63,754 bases of DNA from NCBI RefSeq assembly GCF_001194135.2, contig NC_068986.1, positions 105,995,354 to 106,059,107 on the forward strand, in the 5' to 3' direction. The notes under the pieces were generated by a model that was not told the origin of the DNA, did not search any database, and saw only the letters and a program-made list of their open reading frames with translations. Within the stretch, counting starts at the first letter, position 1; each line of letters starts with the position of its first letter. The DNA is from Octopus bimaculoides (taxonomy: Eukaryota). The translations under genes and the position numbers were made by a program. This document shows positions 47,681 through 61,757 of the stretch, in pieces.

Positions 47681-47937
47681 AGTGTATCAGAGCGGCGAGC
47701 TGTCATAATGGGTCAAAATACAAAGCGACGTTCCTTCCGAAGTTTACGTTCTGAAGTGAAATGCCAGCGAGGTCAGCTTTCGATTTTGCCTTTCATCTCT
47801 GGACACTCCCATCAAAATTGCTTACTTTGAACTCTGGAATGGACAGGGCTTTCGTTCAGAGGGAATGTTGTTATTTCAGCCACTTCTCATTAATGGAACC
47901 CAGGTAATCAACCTACGAGTGTTAGAGCTAGAGAAAG

Positions 47938-47940
47938 TAA

Positions 47941-48025
<85 letters not shown>

Positions 48026-48092
48026 GCCTGCCTGCCTGCCTGCCTGCCTGTCTGTCTGTCTATCTATCTGTCTATCTGTCCTATCTAACTAA

Positions 48093-48133
<41 letters not shown>

Positions 48134-48147
48134 CATCTATCTATCTA

Positions 48148-48209
<62 letters not shown>

Positions 48210-48210
48210 A
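47938..48210 (+). repeat. (TATC)n/(TGTC)n/(TGCC)n compound tetranucleotide array
   Basis: Read directly. Confidence 0.97.
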
Positions 48211-48574
48211 TGTCTAACTTTGAAATGATTAGACGCTTGCTTCCTTTGGTAAACGACAACAGATAATCTGATGAAAAGAGTCATTAATCATAATCTTTCA
48301 TATCCTGCTGACCACGAGGCGCCACCATACTATATTTAGTCAGCCAATAAATTTTAATTAATTAAAATTACACTCTGATGAAAACAATCATTATATGAAT
48401 GATTAATTCTGGTCAATAAAAGGATGATGAGACAACCACCCATCAATCCATTTTCTTCACTCAGTATTCTTGGAAGTTACGTTGAGATAGAGTTTCCAGG
48501 CACCTCCTCTATAGGGTTCTATCAGAAGCAACCGTCATTATACCTTTCCAGCTTGATTTCCAAACGTGACCTAA

Positions 48575-48875
48575 TAAAACAATGGATATTGTCCAGCCAT
48601 CTTGTTCGCGGTCTGCATCTAGGTCTCATGCCGATTGGATCAGCTTAAAGAATCCGTCTTGCGATTCTTTCCAGCGGCATTCTATTCACTTAGATTGTAA
48701 CTTCTTAATGCGGAGGAGTAGCGACTCAGTTTGGAGAGACTCCCGATCTCCGAGTTACGCAGGCTGTCGAGTAACGTTATTTCAGTGATCCTTTGAAGGG
48801 ACCACATTTCGGACCCTTGTATTTGTGAGCGTACTCTTTCGATCATAACCCAACGTTCGTGACCATAAGTGAGGA
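48575..48875 (-). mobile_element. RTE LINE fragment
   Basis: Minus translation LTYGHERWVMIERVRSQIQGSEM...RMPLERIARRIL..PIGMRPRCRPRTRWLDNI. Confidence 0.85.
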
Positions 48876-48997
48876 TAGGCTCGGAAATATAATTATTAAA
48901 ATTAGAAAAATATAGAATGCAGTGGGGGTATGGATCTGATCGTCTCTAATATTGATATCTCTAGATATGTATCGATCGCATTAATCCTCAGTCGAAA

Positions 48998-49203
48998 GAC
49001 AGCGAGCTGAAAGAATCATTAGTACGCCGGGAAAAATGCTATGCGGCATTTACATTTGGACTTCAAATTCCGCCGAGTTCGACTTTATCTTTCATCCTTT
49101 CGGAGTTCGATAAAATAAGTACCAGTTGAGCACTGGGGTCGATGTCATCGACTTACCCTTCTTTTCGAAATCGCTAGCCTTGTACCAAAATTTGAATCCA
49201 TTA
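48998..49203 (+). mobile_element. Family A SINE monomer
   Basis: TTCAAATTCCGCCGAGTTCGACTTT..CTTTCATCCTTTCGG..TCGATAAAATAAGTACCAG. Confidence 0.88.
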
Positions 49204-49364
49204 TTCATCGGTCGGTGTTGCTGTGGATTACGGATCTGAGGAGGAAGGACGGAGCGAAATGTTCAGGATGGAGTCTGCGAGGTGAGACACAGCACGGATA
49301 AAGAGATAGGGAGCATGAGAGAAACTAAATAGAAGTAAAGTAAGTAAGTAATGCTTCGATTGCT

Positions 49365-49582
49365 AGGGAGCCATAGGGCTGGTTACTCGGTTTCCATCGC
49401 GTATAAGTGACCCTGAACACAACACACTCCCTGAACGGCACACCAGTCCACCATAGGGTTACTCATTCACAGCAGAATGGACTGGAGCAACATCAAATGA
49501 AATATTTTGTTCAGGACTGGTCCGAGAATCGAAACCACGATCTGGCAATCGTGAGGGCAACACCCTAACCACTCGGCCACGT
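49365..49582 (-). mobile_element. Decayed family D SINE; a head-only copy lies at about 50335-50398
   Basis: GGACTGGAGCAACATCAAATGAAATATTTTG...GAATCGAAACCACGATC...CCCTAACCACTCGGCCAC. Confidence 0.7.
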
Positions 49583-49794
49583 ACCACTAAGATGACCAAG
49601 ATGTGTGGTTCGTGTTGCTCTTGCTTTTGGCCGGGGACGAATTTGACCCATGATCAGAGATGTTCTAGCTTATGGTCTTGCGCAAACATAGGACCATATT
49701 CTCCAGTATGATCTAAAGCAATGGTGGACTCTCCTGTCCAAAATTACAGATTAGTGATTACAGAAGCTGTCCAGATGATCTAATCTTCTGTTCA

Positions 49795-50230
49795 TTTTTA
49801 TTCTTTTATTTGTTTCAGTCATTTGACTGCGGCCATCCTGGAGCACTGCTCTTAGTCGAACAAATCTTATACTTTGTAAGCCTAGTACATATTCCACCGG
49901 TCTCTTTTGCCGAACCGATAAATTACGGGGTCGCAAACATACCAGCATCAGTTATCAAGTAAAGGTAGGGGGAGAACACACACTCACNNNNNNNNNNNNN
50001 NNNNNNNNNNNNNNNNNNNNNNNNNNNNNNGCACACACACACACACACACACACATACACACACACATACGACAGGCTTCTTTCCGTTACCGTTTACAAA
50101 TACACTCACAAGCTTTGGTTGGCCCGAAACTATAGAAGACACTTGCCCAAGGTGCGACACAGTGGGACTGAACCCGGAACCATGTGGCTGGTAAGCAAGC
50201 AACTTACCACACAGCCACTCCTGCGCCTAT
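49795..50230 (-). mobile_element. Family B SINE, full length, gap in the internal (CA)n
   Basis: Tail TTGTTTCAGTCATTTGACTGCGGCC to head CCACACAGCCACTCCTGCGCC. Confidence 0.9.
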
Positions 50231-51493
50231 GTTTATAACGACCAAATGCATGTGCTGTATACATGAACTCCGCCCCTCAATCAAACACTGCCTGTACATG
50301 CGCACAGAGCATAATGCACCGCTCAACCTGGAAATCACAATTAAAATCTTCCGATCGTGAATACAACAGGTTAACCACTCGGCCACGCGCCTTCATGCTT
50401 TACGACAATAGATTATATCCTTAAGGAAATTTGACTTTTATTTCTAGCAGAACTAGCGACTGCGTAGAAGTATCTTCATTGATTCAAGGCGTGTACGTGC
50501 GTCCATGCGTCCGTGTGTGTATGTGTTTGTGTGTATACGTGTGTGTGTGTGTGTGTATGTGTGTGGCAAATGTTTGCATGAAAGAGAAAGATTTACCTCG
50601 CAGTTATATTTCTTATTATCATTATTCGTCATCGATTTGTTTCATTTGTGAAACAAAGGGGAAATAAGAAGAAAGCACGTCTCACGAGTTTCTGTTCATC
50701 GCTTATCGATCTCTATAAATAGCAATGCTGGAGGTCATAGTAGTGAAGTTTACTTTCATATTAATCTCGCTTCTTAAAGGATTTACAAATTATCCTTTTT
50801 TTTTTATCGCTGGTTTTAACGACATATATAAATTGCCTCGGGAAAGTGTTAAAACAGTCTATTGCTATTAGTTGATAACATGATGCGGGATGGAAAAGAG
50901 AGTTAAGTGTTGTATATTCATTGTTTACTAGTATATATCATCACTTACTGTTATCAACATATTTATGGTTTCATAAGATGATACAGCTGTTATCGAATTT
51001 GACGGCTAGTAAACAAATTATGTTCCGCTGCAACATACTTCTATTCACAATTTGTTAAAGATAAATCAGAGCGAAATGGCTTCTTCGTGCATTGCTTGTA
51101 GCTAAATCTGTAAAGAATCTGCCAATGTCAGTTAAAAAATATGAGAAGGTAGTAAATAAATAAACATTTCTTGATGTATCACTGATTTCTCCTAGCGACA
51201 CTATATCAGATCCTAGAGAAGGTAAAGTGTAGTGTGCAAAATAGCCATTAACAGGGAAAAAATTCAAAAAATCAAATATGATGCTATATTGATATTATTC
51301 TGGTTTATTTTGTAATGTATACTAGAAAGTGGCATAAAATTTCCTTGTGTATTTAAAACATAGTTACTCTCCCATTTTTCTCTCTTTCTCCCTTTTATCT
51401 CGCCTCTCTTTCACCTTCACCGTAAATGAACTTGCATCGGCAAAATTAGATTTCCAAATGCGAGTGCAGATCTATCTATCTATGTGTCTACAT

Positions 51494-51524
<31 letters not shown>

Positions 51525-53330
51525 TAGGAGTGCATATACATATACACACATGTATAAATGCACGCAAATATGTGTGTATATGNNNNNNNNNNNNNNNNNN
51601 NNNNNNNNNNNNNNNNNNNNNNNNNNNNNNNNNNNNNNNNNNNNNNNNNNNNNNNNNNNNNNNNNNNNNNNNNNNNNNNNNNNNNNNNNNNNNNNNNNNN
51701 NNNNNNNNNNNNNNNNNNNNNNNNNNNNNNNNNNNNNNNNNNNNNNNNNNNNNNNNNNNNNNNNNNNNNNNNNNNNNNNNNNNNNNNNNNNNNNNNNNNN
51801 NNNNNNNNNNNNNNNNNNNNNNNNNNNNNNNNNNNNNNNNNNNNNNNNNNNNNNNNNNNNNNNNNNNNNNNNNNNNNNNNNNNNNNNNNNNNNNNNNNNN
51901 NNNNNNNNNNNNNNNNNNNNNNNNNNNNNNNNNNNNNNNNNNNNNNNNNNNNNNNNNNNNNNNNNNNNNNNNNNNNNNNNNNNNNNNNNNNNNNNNNNNN
52001 NNNNNNNNNNNNNNNNNNNNNNNNNNNNNNNNNNNNNNNNNNNNNNNNNNNNNNNNNNNNNNNNNNNNNNNNNNNNNNNNNNNNNNNNNNNNNNNNNNNN
52101 NNNNNNNNNNNNNNNNNNNNNNNNNNNNNNNNNNNNNNNNNNNNNNNNNNNNNNNNNNNNNNNNNNNNNNNNNNNNNNNNNNNNNNNNNNNNNNNNNNNN
52201 NNNNNNNNNNNNNNNNNNNNNNNNNNNNNNNNNNNNNATATATATATAAAACCTTTTTTGTATATGTATGTATATGCCATATTTTTATATTGCTATATTT
52301 ACTTTTATCAGTACACACTTTTCATAGTTGTTAAATCTTGTATACTTATATTTAATTATGTCTATATATTATTGACTCGTTTATCTTATTATCCTGCTTC
52401 TAATCCCTTACTTTCAATCAATAGATAATATGCATATTTTACCAACTAAATTCTATATGTAAGTTGTGATCATTGTCTGAGTGGTCTCTGTAGTGACCAC
52501 CTCATAGTTGTGTAAAGATGGAGTATTAGGTTGATTCTACAGAATAATAATCATCTTTTTTAATTTTTAAACTGGTCTGTCTTATCTAACCTGGTTCTGA
52601 TATCTATTTCTAATTAAAAAAAAAAACTTTTATTTTATACAACATGATAATACGCAGATTTTGCTATACCTCAATTATAAGCTTTTCCCTCTGGGCCCTT
52701 AATGTTTTCCAAGATCTCATCATAACGTCTTAAGTTTCCTGAAAATAATGACAAGAGTTAATGTCACTCCTACTCTACCTCTTTATGGACATGTACTACT
52801 ACCTAATTGACTCCTTCTAATGTTTGTTTCTTTTTGTGGTGAGGGATACTTATGGCAGTAAGAAATTAAGGAACAGTAAGAGATTAAGGAATAGGGAAAA
52901 CATCTAGTAATATTTATTTATGACCAGCAGCCATTTCCGAGCTGTCAATTCACAATACTCTTTATTATCGATAAACGCAGTATTCTAGCCTTAGAGCATT
53001 TGTTGATGAGAAGAAGGGAGATAAAAAAAAAATTAGAAATGTGCCATGCTACTCCAAAATTGCAGTTCTCTTAGCTTATTCTTGTTACAATAGTGGAAAC
53101 ATGAAATTATTTCATCCTCTATCTCTGATAAAATATTTGAGAAAAATTATATGTTAACATATCTTGTCTGTTGAAAATCCATATTTCTTGCCGCTTGAAA
53201 CGGTCGTATTGCATAGATACTTGATATCCTGTAACTTATTTTGATTTTATTCACCTCACCTCGAGCTATGCGGATAATACCAGACTGACTTGGTGCCTCA
53301 ACTTAAATACCTAATACTGAATCTTAATTA

Positions 53331-53422
<92 letters not shown>

Positions 53423-53436
53423 GACGNNNNNNNNNN

Positions 53437-53602
53437 TATATATATATGACGGGCTTCTTTCAGTTTCCGTCAGCCAAATCTACTCACAACTCTTTGGTCG
53501 GACTGAGGTTATAGTAGAAGACACTTGCCCAAGGTGCCATGCAGTGGGACTGAACCTGGAGACTTGTAGTTGGGAAGCAAGCTTCTTACTACGCAGCCAC
53601 AC
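53437..53602 (-). mobile_element. Family B SINE, 5' half
   Basis: GACGGGCTTCTTTCAGTTTCCGTC...ACACTTGCCCAAGGTGCCA. Confidence 0.88.
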
Positions 53603-54019
53603 CTGAACTCAGAATGCATTAAAAATAAGGTACTGATTACAAAATAAACAACCTTAATATAACGTAGCTACATTATTTATTGTGCCATTTTAAAAACAAA
53701 TTTCTCTCCAAAATATAAAATATGAATCGTTTTAAATTAAATCAAAATTAAATTTATATTTTAGGTTCTCTAGAAGACAAATGTTTTTATGAATTCTCAT
53801 GAAGTCTAATTTGATCCGCCTTTTCAATTTCAGCAATACAAGAATTCTGACAGAATCGATATTGCTAGTACCATTAAAAGTAATCTATTATTCTAAATAT
53901 GGTGACGTCATGTGAGTTTACAATTTAGGCATCAAAATATAAGCCCTATCAATACTGGGTACAGTTGCTAGAAAATAGATACATGCGCACACACATACAA
54001 ACACATTTATATACGTAAA

Positions 54020-54030
54020 ATCATCATCAT

Positions 54031-54066
<36 letters not shown>

Positions 54067-54210
54067 GATCATCATTTTACGTCCGTCTTCTAAGTTAGCA
54101 TGGGTTGGACGCTTTGACAGTGACCAGTGAATCAGAGAACTATTTTGAGATCCACCATGTGTTTGACATGTTCTGTACGGCTGGATATCCTTCCTAACGC
54201 CAACCATTTT
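54020..54210 (-). mobile_element. 3' end of an RTE-related element with (GAT)n tail
   Basis: (ATC)n-TTTTACGTCCGTCTT..TAGCATGGGTTGGACG...TACGGCTGGATATCCTTCCTAACGCCAACC, a recalled RTE-associated terminal motif. Confidence 0.6.
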
Positions 54211-54231
54211 AAAGAATATAAATAGTCACCA

Positions 54232-54527
54232 ATGACCATGGAATTGCATCTAGTAAGTTCTTCTCCGAAGCTCAAGTCGGTTGTTAATGGAAGACCAGCA
54301 GTCGCCCATGCTTATCAGCCCCCCACTCCGCGTCACCAATGTTATCCAAGAGAAAGGCAAAGGGGTTGATACAGCTTGGCACCTGTGACGTCGCAACTCA
54401 TTTCTACAGCTGAGTGAACTGGAGCAACGTGAAGTAAAGTGTCTTGCTCAAGAACACAAGACAGAGCCTGGTCCGGGAATCGAACTCAACCAGTTGTAAG
54501 TCCGATACTCTAACCACTAAGCCATGC
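54232..54527 (-). mobile_element. Family C SINE
   Basis: Near-identical to 5990-6300 (GACGTCGCAACTCATTTCTACAGCTGAGTGAACTGGAGCAAC). Confidence 0.9.
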
Positions 54528-55543
54528 ACTTACTGAATGTAATGGCGGCTTTTTATACGACACCGATACTTGTGAGGTTGCCAAGTAACGGACGAATGGT
54601 GCTGAAGTAGAGAAAGTGGTGGGTTCATGATAGGTTTTTTAGATGTTAAAATATGATGGAGGCTCAGGTGTATTGCTTTGGAGGAGATACGTGGCTTCTC
54701 TGCATTATATGCGAGTTGGGCGGAAATAGCTGGAAAGAGGACAATGATGGTGATGATGACGTGTTAGAGTGTACTTCTAATATACAAGAAGGTGATTATG
54801 GGAGAGAACATGGGCAGTGGTATGTAGGTAAGTTCATTAGGGTGTAAGAGGTAGGTGGCATTTGGTTAGAGATCAGTGTGGGAGAGAATGTAATGAATGG
54901 AATTAGGGTGAAACTGTGATAGATAGGAAATATACGTATAACGGGGAAGAATGAAAGAATAGGAGTGGCTGAGGAAGGTGGAGGTAATAAGTGGAAGTAC
55001 AGGAAGGGAAGAGATCAGCAGTCTGAGAAATCTTTAGGAAGATCCCAAAAAATGTAGGTGATGTGGAAATGAAGGGGGGGGGGAAGAGAAATGTACAGTG
55101 CTAGAGAAGGATGTCAGAGATACTTAGGGGTGGCTATAATGAGTGGGAGACAAAGGTAGAGAAGAGGCTGTCGGCAGGAGATATGACAAAGGATGAGCAT
55201 GATTGTTGATAACAGCGGTTGTTATAAAAGACAGAGCTGGAACTCTTTTAAATAATATATATATATATNNNNNNNNNNNNNNNNNNNNNNNNNNNNNNNN
55301 NNNNNNNNNNNNNNNNNNNNNNNNNNNNNNNNNNNNNNNNNNNNNNNNNNNNNNNNNNNNNNNNNNNNNNNNNNNNNNNNNNNNNNNNNNNNNNNNNNNN
55401 NNNNNNNNNNNNNNNNNNNNNNNNNNNNNNNNNNNNNNNNNNNNNNNNNNNNNNNNNNNNNNNNTATATACATATATACATATATAGATGCATATGTATA
55501 TACACATATATATATATATACATACATATTCATATACATGCAT

Positions 55544-55577
<34 letters not shown>

Positions 55578-57027
55578 GAGATGAGAGAAGAAATGGAGCA
55601 ACATGCAACAATTAGAAGTTGATCATTAGTATTGAACGATCAGATCTAAGATAAAGAATTATTTATCTTAGATGCGTGATGTACACCCGGAGCTATAATT
55701 CTCTTTAATATATTCACATTAAAGTTACATCACTCACTAACATACTAATTGTTAGTGCTGCCATCAACATATAAACGATTAAACGAGCGATTTATCCTAT
55801 TGTAGCCGAGTTGGTTTGTTTTAATTATATTTACGAGTAGTAAACCCTGGCCATACATAAGAACATTTTATTTATTTATTATATCTATTTACGTAACCCA
55901 AATTTATACCGTATATCGCACTTAAACTTTTACGAGCGTCCTTAATTTTTAACTCGGGTATTATTTGTAATCATAGGGTCTTATCTAGCGAACTCAAATA
56001 GCGTTATGTGTTACGATTAAGGGTATCGGATATTACTATCAGGTTGAACTCTTTCGGTTAACACCGACGGTCAACTTGTCATTTTCTCCACTCACTTCTT
56101 CATTCATCTACTCGAAGCAACTATACACACACGTGCCATCTTTTAAGGATGCAAAAATGTAAGCCTAAAGATCTAACGAACCTGTTCCTTTTTCCCCTTT
56201 TTCCTTTTTTTCTCCTGTCAACATTTGATTTCCTGTCAATATTCCTCTGGTAAAGTTCAAATCATTCTGATGTCTATTACAAGGAACGAAGTAAACGCAA
56301 GCTTACCTCAAAAATAACAAACTGAAACAGCTGTAAATGTTATCTTAACCATAAATAAACTATGATCATTCAATACTAACGATCAACTTCTAATTGTTAC
56401 ATATTGCTCCATCTCTTCTCTTATCTTATCTTAATATATCAAACCTTGGTAAACCCTTTAAATTGCCAACTACTGTTAACCTTACAGCAAGCCCTATACA
56501 TAGTTAGGTAATGCACCAGTAGAGCTTACGGATACATTTATCCCTTAGACGGTTGCATAATCTCTGACTCATGATTTATANNNNNNNNNNNNNNNNNNNN
56601 NNNNNNNNNNNNNNNNNNNNNNNNNNNNNNNNNNNNNNNNNNNNNNNNNNNNNNNNNNNNNNNNNNNNNNNNNNNNNNNNNNNNNNNNNNNNNNNNNNNN
56701 NNNNNNNNNNNNNNNNNNNNNNNNNNNNNNNNNNNNNNNNNNNNNNNNNNNNNNNNNNNNNNNNNNNNNNNNNNNNNNNNNNNNNNNNNNNNNNNNNNNN
56801 NNNNNNNNNNNNNNNNNNNNNNNNNNNNNNNNNNNNNNNNNNNNNNNNNNNNNNNNNNNNNNNNNNNNNNNNNNNNNNNNNNNNNNNNNNNNNNNNNNNN
56901 NNNNNNNNNNNNNNNNNNNNNNNNNNNNNNNNNNNNNNNNNNNNNNNNNNNNNNNNNNNNNNNNNNNNNNNNNNNNNNNNNNNNNNNNNNNNNNNNNNNN
57001 NNNNNNNNNNNNNNNNNNNNNNNNNNN

Positions 57028-57068
<41 letters not shown>

Positions 57069-57084
57069 CATACATACATATATA

Positions 57085-57154
57085 AATATACGGCTAAGTT
57101 AGGGAGACGTAAGCACACTAACACCGCTTGTCAAGCAGTGATGGGGGACAGACA

Positions 57155-57200
<46 letters not shown>
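57085..57200 (-). mobile_element. Family B SINE fragment plus (CA)n
   Basis: GCTAAGTTA.GG.GACGTAA.CACAC.AACAC.GCTTGTCAAGC..TGATGGGGGACA. Confidence 0.75.
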
Positions 57201-57205
<5 letters not shown>

Positions 57206-57654
57206 GTCTGTGTCTGTGTGTGTGTGTGCATAATAGGCAAGGGTGATTTAGGATACGTCACTGTATATGCATTTGTATCATTTACAGTTTGCTTATATGA
57301 ATACATTTCTTCGTATACCACGAGGTTAATTAGAGAGGAAAGGAATGTGGAGATTGGTTTTTCAGGTGAAAAGAATTTTAGATATAACAAGGTGTTTTAA
57401 AGATGTAGACAATAATAAATACATTGCTTGCTAATATTCAAATGATATTTTTCAGAAAAGCAGTCGAGAAGAAAACTTAATTATAAGTACACATACATGA
57501 GCATATTACTATTAAGACTTGTAAGGGAACAGTAAAAATATGCAAGACCTTTCTCAAATTGAAACTAGATTTTTTCCTCTTACCAACATTCCAAAGACAG
57601 AACTTTGTATTTTGTTAGAAACCAACTCCTTCCTCAGAGGAAGATTTTAATATA

Positions 57655-57920
57655 AGATTTCAATAATAGAAGAGAACATACATAATACATATATACATAC
57701 AAGCATACATACACACACATACATACATAACATACATACACACATACACACATACATACACACCATATATACATACGCACGTACATATATACGCACATAT
57801 ATACATACATATATACATACCTACCTACATACATATATACATACGTACGTATATTTATACAAACTAATACACATACATACGCACACACGTAAACGCACGT
57901 GTATGTACACGTTTATATAT
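57655..57920 (+). repeat. Decayed (CATA)n/(CA)n array
   Basis: Read directly. Confidence 0.9.
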
Positions 57921-58329
57921 TTATAAACACCTGCAGAAGAGACAATATAGAAATTAACGTATTCGATATATACGTCTAAATATTCGTGCAAAATAAAATT
58001 AGTTGTTTGTACAAACAGGTGAAAACAAAAATATAAGCCCTTCGAAATGATGTTGGCTGTTAGGAGACAATGTACGTTGGCTGTCGAGAAAGTTGTTATA
58101 TTCAGAACAAACTCATAAAGTGAATAATTAGGTGAAAATCAGTATAGAAAATAAATCTAAGATATCATTTTAAAGAAACTGTTTGAAAACGAATCCACTG
58201 GCTTAAAAGCTTGGTACCCATAAGTAAAAATAAAAAAAAATCTCGAAATGGATTAACATATATAAATTGAAATATACAGGTATGGAAATATTTTATTCTC
58301 AAACGCAGAATTATTATGCTGGATAGCAT

Positions 58330-58628
58330 GTTGGCACTCCGTCGCTTACGACGTCGAGGGTTCTAGTTGATCCGATCAACGGAACAGCCTGCTCGTAAAA
58401 TTAACGACACGTGTACCCTTAATGTAATCATCGGGGAGATTCAGCGTGACAAGGCTGACCCTTTGAATTACAGGCACAACAGAAACAAGAAGTAAGAGAG
58501 CCTCGTGGAGCTTTAGGTGTTTTCGCTCAATAAACACTCACAACGCCCTGTGTGAATCGAAACCGCGATCCGCGATCCTATGACCGCGAGTCCGCTGCCC
58601 TAACCACTGGGCCATTGCGCCTCCACTG
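58330..58628 (-). mobile_element. Family E SINE with internal deletions
   Basis: 10-bp TSD TGGATAGCAT at 58320-58329 and 58629-58638. Confidence 0.9.
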
Positions 58629-58637
58629 TGGATAGCA

Positions 58638-59100
58638 TAAAACATCCTTATATTAGAGAAAAATTTGTTAGCGGCCAACCTTAAAATTCGAACTCACATC
58701 TCTGTGATTACCGGTCAAAGTGCTTTATCTCTAACCTAAACTGCCTACAAAGAAATTCTTCTGAAATTTTTGAACTAATAAATTTAGCTTTTATAGACGA
58801 TATATGTGAAATTACGATATATATATAAGCAAAGTTTGCTTTTTTAGAAGCGTTCAGATGTATTGAAATATACAGATATGAAAATCAATCTCAAATGCCG
58901 AATTATAATGCTGAACAACATAGAACATCCTTATATTGCAGAAAAATTTGTTAGCGGCCAGCCATGCGACTCGAACTCACATCTTCGTGATTACCTGTCA
59001 TACCTTTAAGCTAAACTGCCTACAAACAAATTCTTCTGCAATTTTTGAACTGATAAATTTAGTTTTTATAGACGCTATATGCGAAATTACGATGTATGTT
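58638..59100 (-). repeat. Tandem duplication (about 283-bp period) containing a decayed tRNA-like sequence
   Basis: AACATCCTTATATT..AGAAAAATTTGTTAGCGGCCA...TCGAACTCACATCT..GTGATTACC at about 58640 and 58923; minus strand shows GGCAGTTTAG(C/G)TT and B box GTGAGTTCGA. Confidence 0.75.
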
Positions 59101-59454
59101 CTACCCTATCTTATGCTATTCAGAGTTATAATTCTGTGTTTGAAAATAAAATATTTCCATATCTTTATATTTCAATACACCGCAACGTTTCTAAAAAAAA
59201 AACAAAACAAGCTTTGTTTGTTTACATATATCATATTTTTCATATAAGTTGAAAATTAGTAAAAGAGCTTGTAAAGAAATTTTTATATAAATACAACAGT
59301 TTTGGCCAGAGGTAAACTATTTAGGAAGCCATCAAATAATTTAGAACTGAAACCAAATGAATAGTTTACATAGTGACTGGATAGCGATTGTTGAAAAAGT
59401 AACTACAGAACGTAATTAATTCCAGTTTGGCATAATTTTACGCACATCAACAGA

Positions 59455-59674
59455 TTTACTCTTTTACTCTTTTACTCTTTTACTTGTTTCAGTCATTTGA
59501 CTGTGGCCATGCTGGAGCACCGCTTTTAGTCGTACAAGTCGACTCCAGAATTTATTCTTTGTAAGCCTAGTACTTATTCTATCGGTCTCTTTGGCCGAAC
59601 CGCTATGTTACGGGGACGTAAACACACCAGCATCAGTTGTCAAGTGATGTTGGAGGACAAACACAGACACACAA

Positions 59675-59709
<35 letters not shown>

Positions 59710-60058
59710 NNNNNNNNNNNNNNNNNNNNNNNNNNNNNNNNNNNNNNNNNNNNNNNNNNNNNNNNNNNNNNNNNNNNNNNNNNNNNNNNNNNNNNNNNNN
59801 NNNNNNNNNNNNNNNNNNNNNNNNNNNNNNNNNNNNNNNNNNNNNNNNNNNNNNNNNNNNNNNNNATATATATATATATATATATATATATATACGACGG
59901 GCTTCTTTCAGTTTCCGTCTACCAAATCCACTCACAAAGCTTTGGTCGGCCCGAGGCTATAGTAGCAGACACTTGCCCACGGTGCCACGCAGTGGGATTG
60001 AACCCGGAACCATGTGGTTGGTAAGCAAGCTACTTACCACACAGCCACTCCAGCGCCT
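59455..60058 (-). mobile_element. Family B SINE, full length, gap in the internal microsatellite
   Basis: (TTTTACTC)n tail to head CCACACAGCCACTCCAGCGCC. Confidence 0.92.
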
Positions 60059-60334
60059 ATATCTAAGGACGGCGGTCCTTTGTGGCCTTTGGACGGTGGA
60101 TTCCGTGTCCATAGCTGACGAAGCAGAAAAGCGTATTCTACAGTCCGATGATATCATTCATGGTCCAGTGGTTTGTAATTCGCAAACATTGTTCATGACG
60201 AGAATTTCTTTCCCGAGAAGTCTTTCCACATCTTAGTGTACACGAACGTGTGAAATATAATTGTACTCACCTGTATTTCAATCACTGTGCTTAGAGCGTC
60301 TCTAGTTAATTAATTTGAGATTGCCGAATTTTAT

Positions 60335-60737
60335 ATTTTACTTGTTTCCGTCATTCGACTGCGTCCATACTAGGGCACCACTTTGAAGAATTTTAGTCGA
60401 ACGAATCGACAACTTCATACTTATTTTTTTTAATGAAAAGCCTGGTAATTATTCTATTGGGCTCTTTTACTAAACCGCTAAGTTACGGGAACTTAAACAT
60501 AAGCTCCAGTTGTCAAGCAATGGCGTCACACAAACAGACAGACAGAGAGACAGCCACATACACACACACATATACGATGGGCTTCTTCCAGTTTCCATTA
60601 ATCAAATCCACTCAAAAGGCCTTGGGCGACCGAAGAATATAGTAGAAGGCACTTGCCCAAGGTATCACACAGTGGAACTGAACCCGAAACCATGTGGTTC
60701 AGAAGCAAGCTTCTTACCACACAACCACACCTGCGCC
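60335..60737 (-). mobile_element. Family B SINE, older copy
   Basis: TTTACTTGTTTCCGTCATTCGACTGCG...ACTGAACCCGAAACCATGTGG..AGAAGCAAGCTTCTTACCACAC. Confidence 0.85.
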
Positions 60738-61589
60738 TTTATACACAGTGTTTCGATGCGGTCAGTACTGCTTCCCGTCTGCAAGGGGTTAATATATATT
60801 TAAGGGTAAGTTTCATGCTTATTTTTTTTTTAATCGCTAGGTGTTGGGGATAAATGTGAATCTAGGTCTGAACTTTTAGGCACGGTGTGTGCTTAGCTTA
60901 AGAAGGATAATGTCCTGTGAGTGAATTTGGTAGTTTGGTTGACGAAAACTGTATGGAATCCTCGTCGCATATACATTTACTTTAAATATGATGAAATTTA
61001 CCAAGGAGGACATCATCCTGATGTAGGGGACACATTACATATATGGAGTAGTTAATTTTTGACCACGACCGGTAACGTGCCCCTGAAACGGCCGTAGATG
61101 GAACATCCTCCAATTTTTTTATCCTATTTTATATTTTTTTTAACCTTGATATCTAGCGTAATTTCTATCTTATATCTTAGCCTGTTTGCCATTACAAAAA
61201 TTGACGTTTTTATTCCTATATTTATCAACCTCTCATTCGCTTTGCATTTCCTATATTTACCATGCATGTCTCCTTACATGTAGTTTTTATTTATTTGTAA
61301 TTTTATATGTATTCTTATATTTCTTCTATATTTTTATGTATGTTGGGTTTAATTCTTTATACCCGTGGAGAATCTTCATACCTGTACATGCATGATTTAT
61401 GTTGATATGTATAAATATATATGATTCAATTACATTGATTGAATGTTTTCATATATGCATTCGGGAATCTGTTTGAGTGCCTAAAATTTACGTTTTCAAT
61501 TTTCTCTACTCTATATTTTTTCGCATTGGCTCTCTATGAGCACTCCGTAAACAACCCGTACATTTTAAATCATATTTAATATTATATTC

Positions 61590-61660
61590 GTATATACATA
61601 TGTATGTATATAATTATGTATATATATATATATGCATGCATATGTATGTATATAAATATG

Positions 61661-61757
<97 letters not shown>

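Noticed and set aside
48255-48420. Two CTGATGA words (about 48268 and 48374), one followed by a small hairpin
   Set aside because: No GAAA after the hairpin and no stem I or III; not a hammerhead. 15778 and 46430 were rejected likewise.
53410-53455. Apparent duplication TATATATATGACG on both sides of a 10-N gap
   Set aside because: Most likely an unmerged contig overlap, not a biological repeat.
14930-60737. Possible minus-strand bias of family B SINEs (about 10 minus versus 6 plus)
   Set aside because: Too few copies to distinguish from chance, so it cannot be used to infer a host transcription direction.
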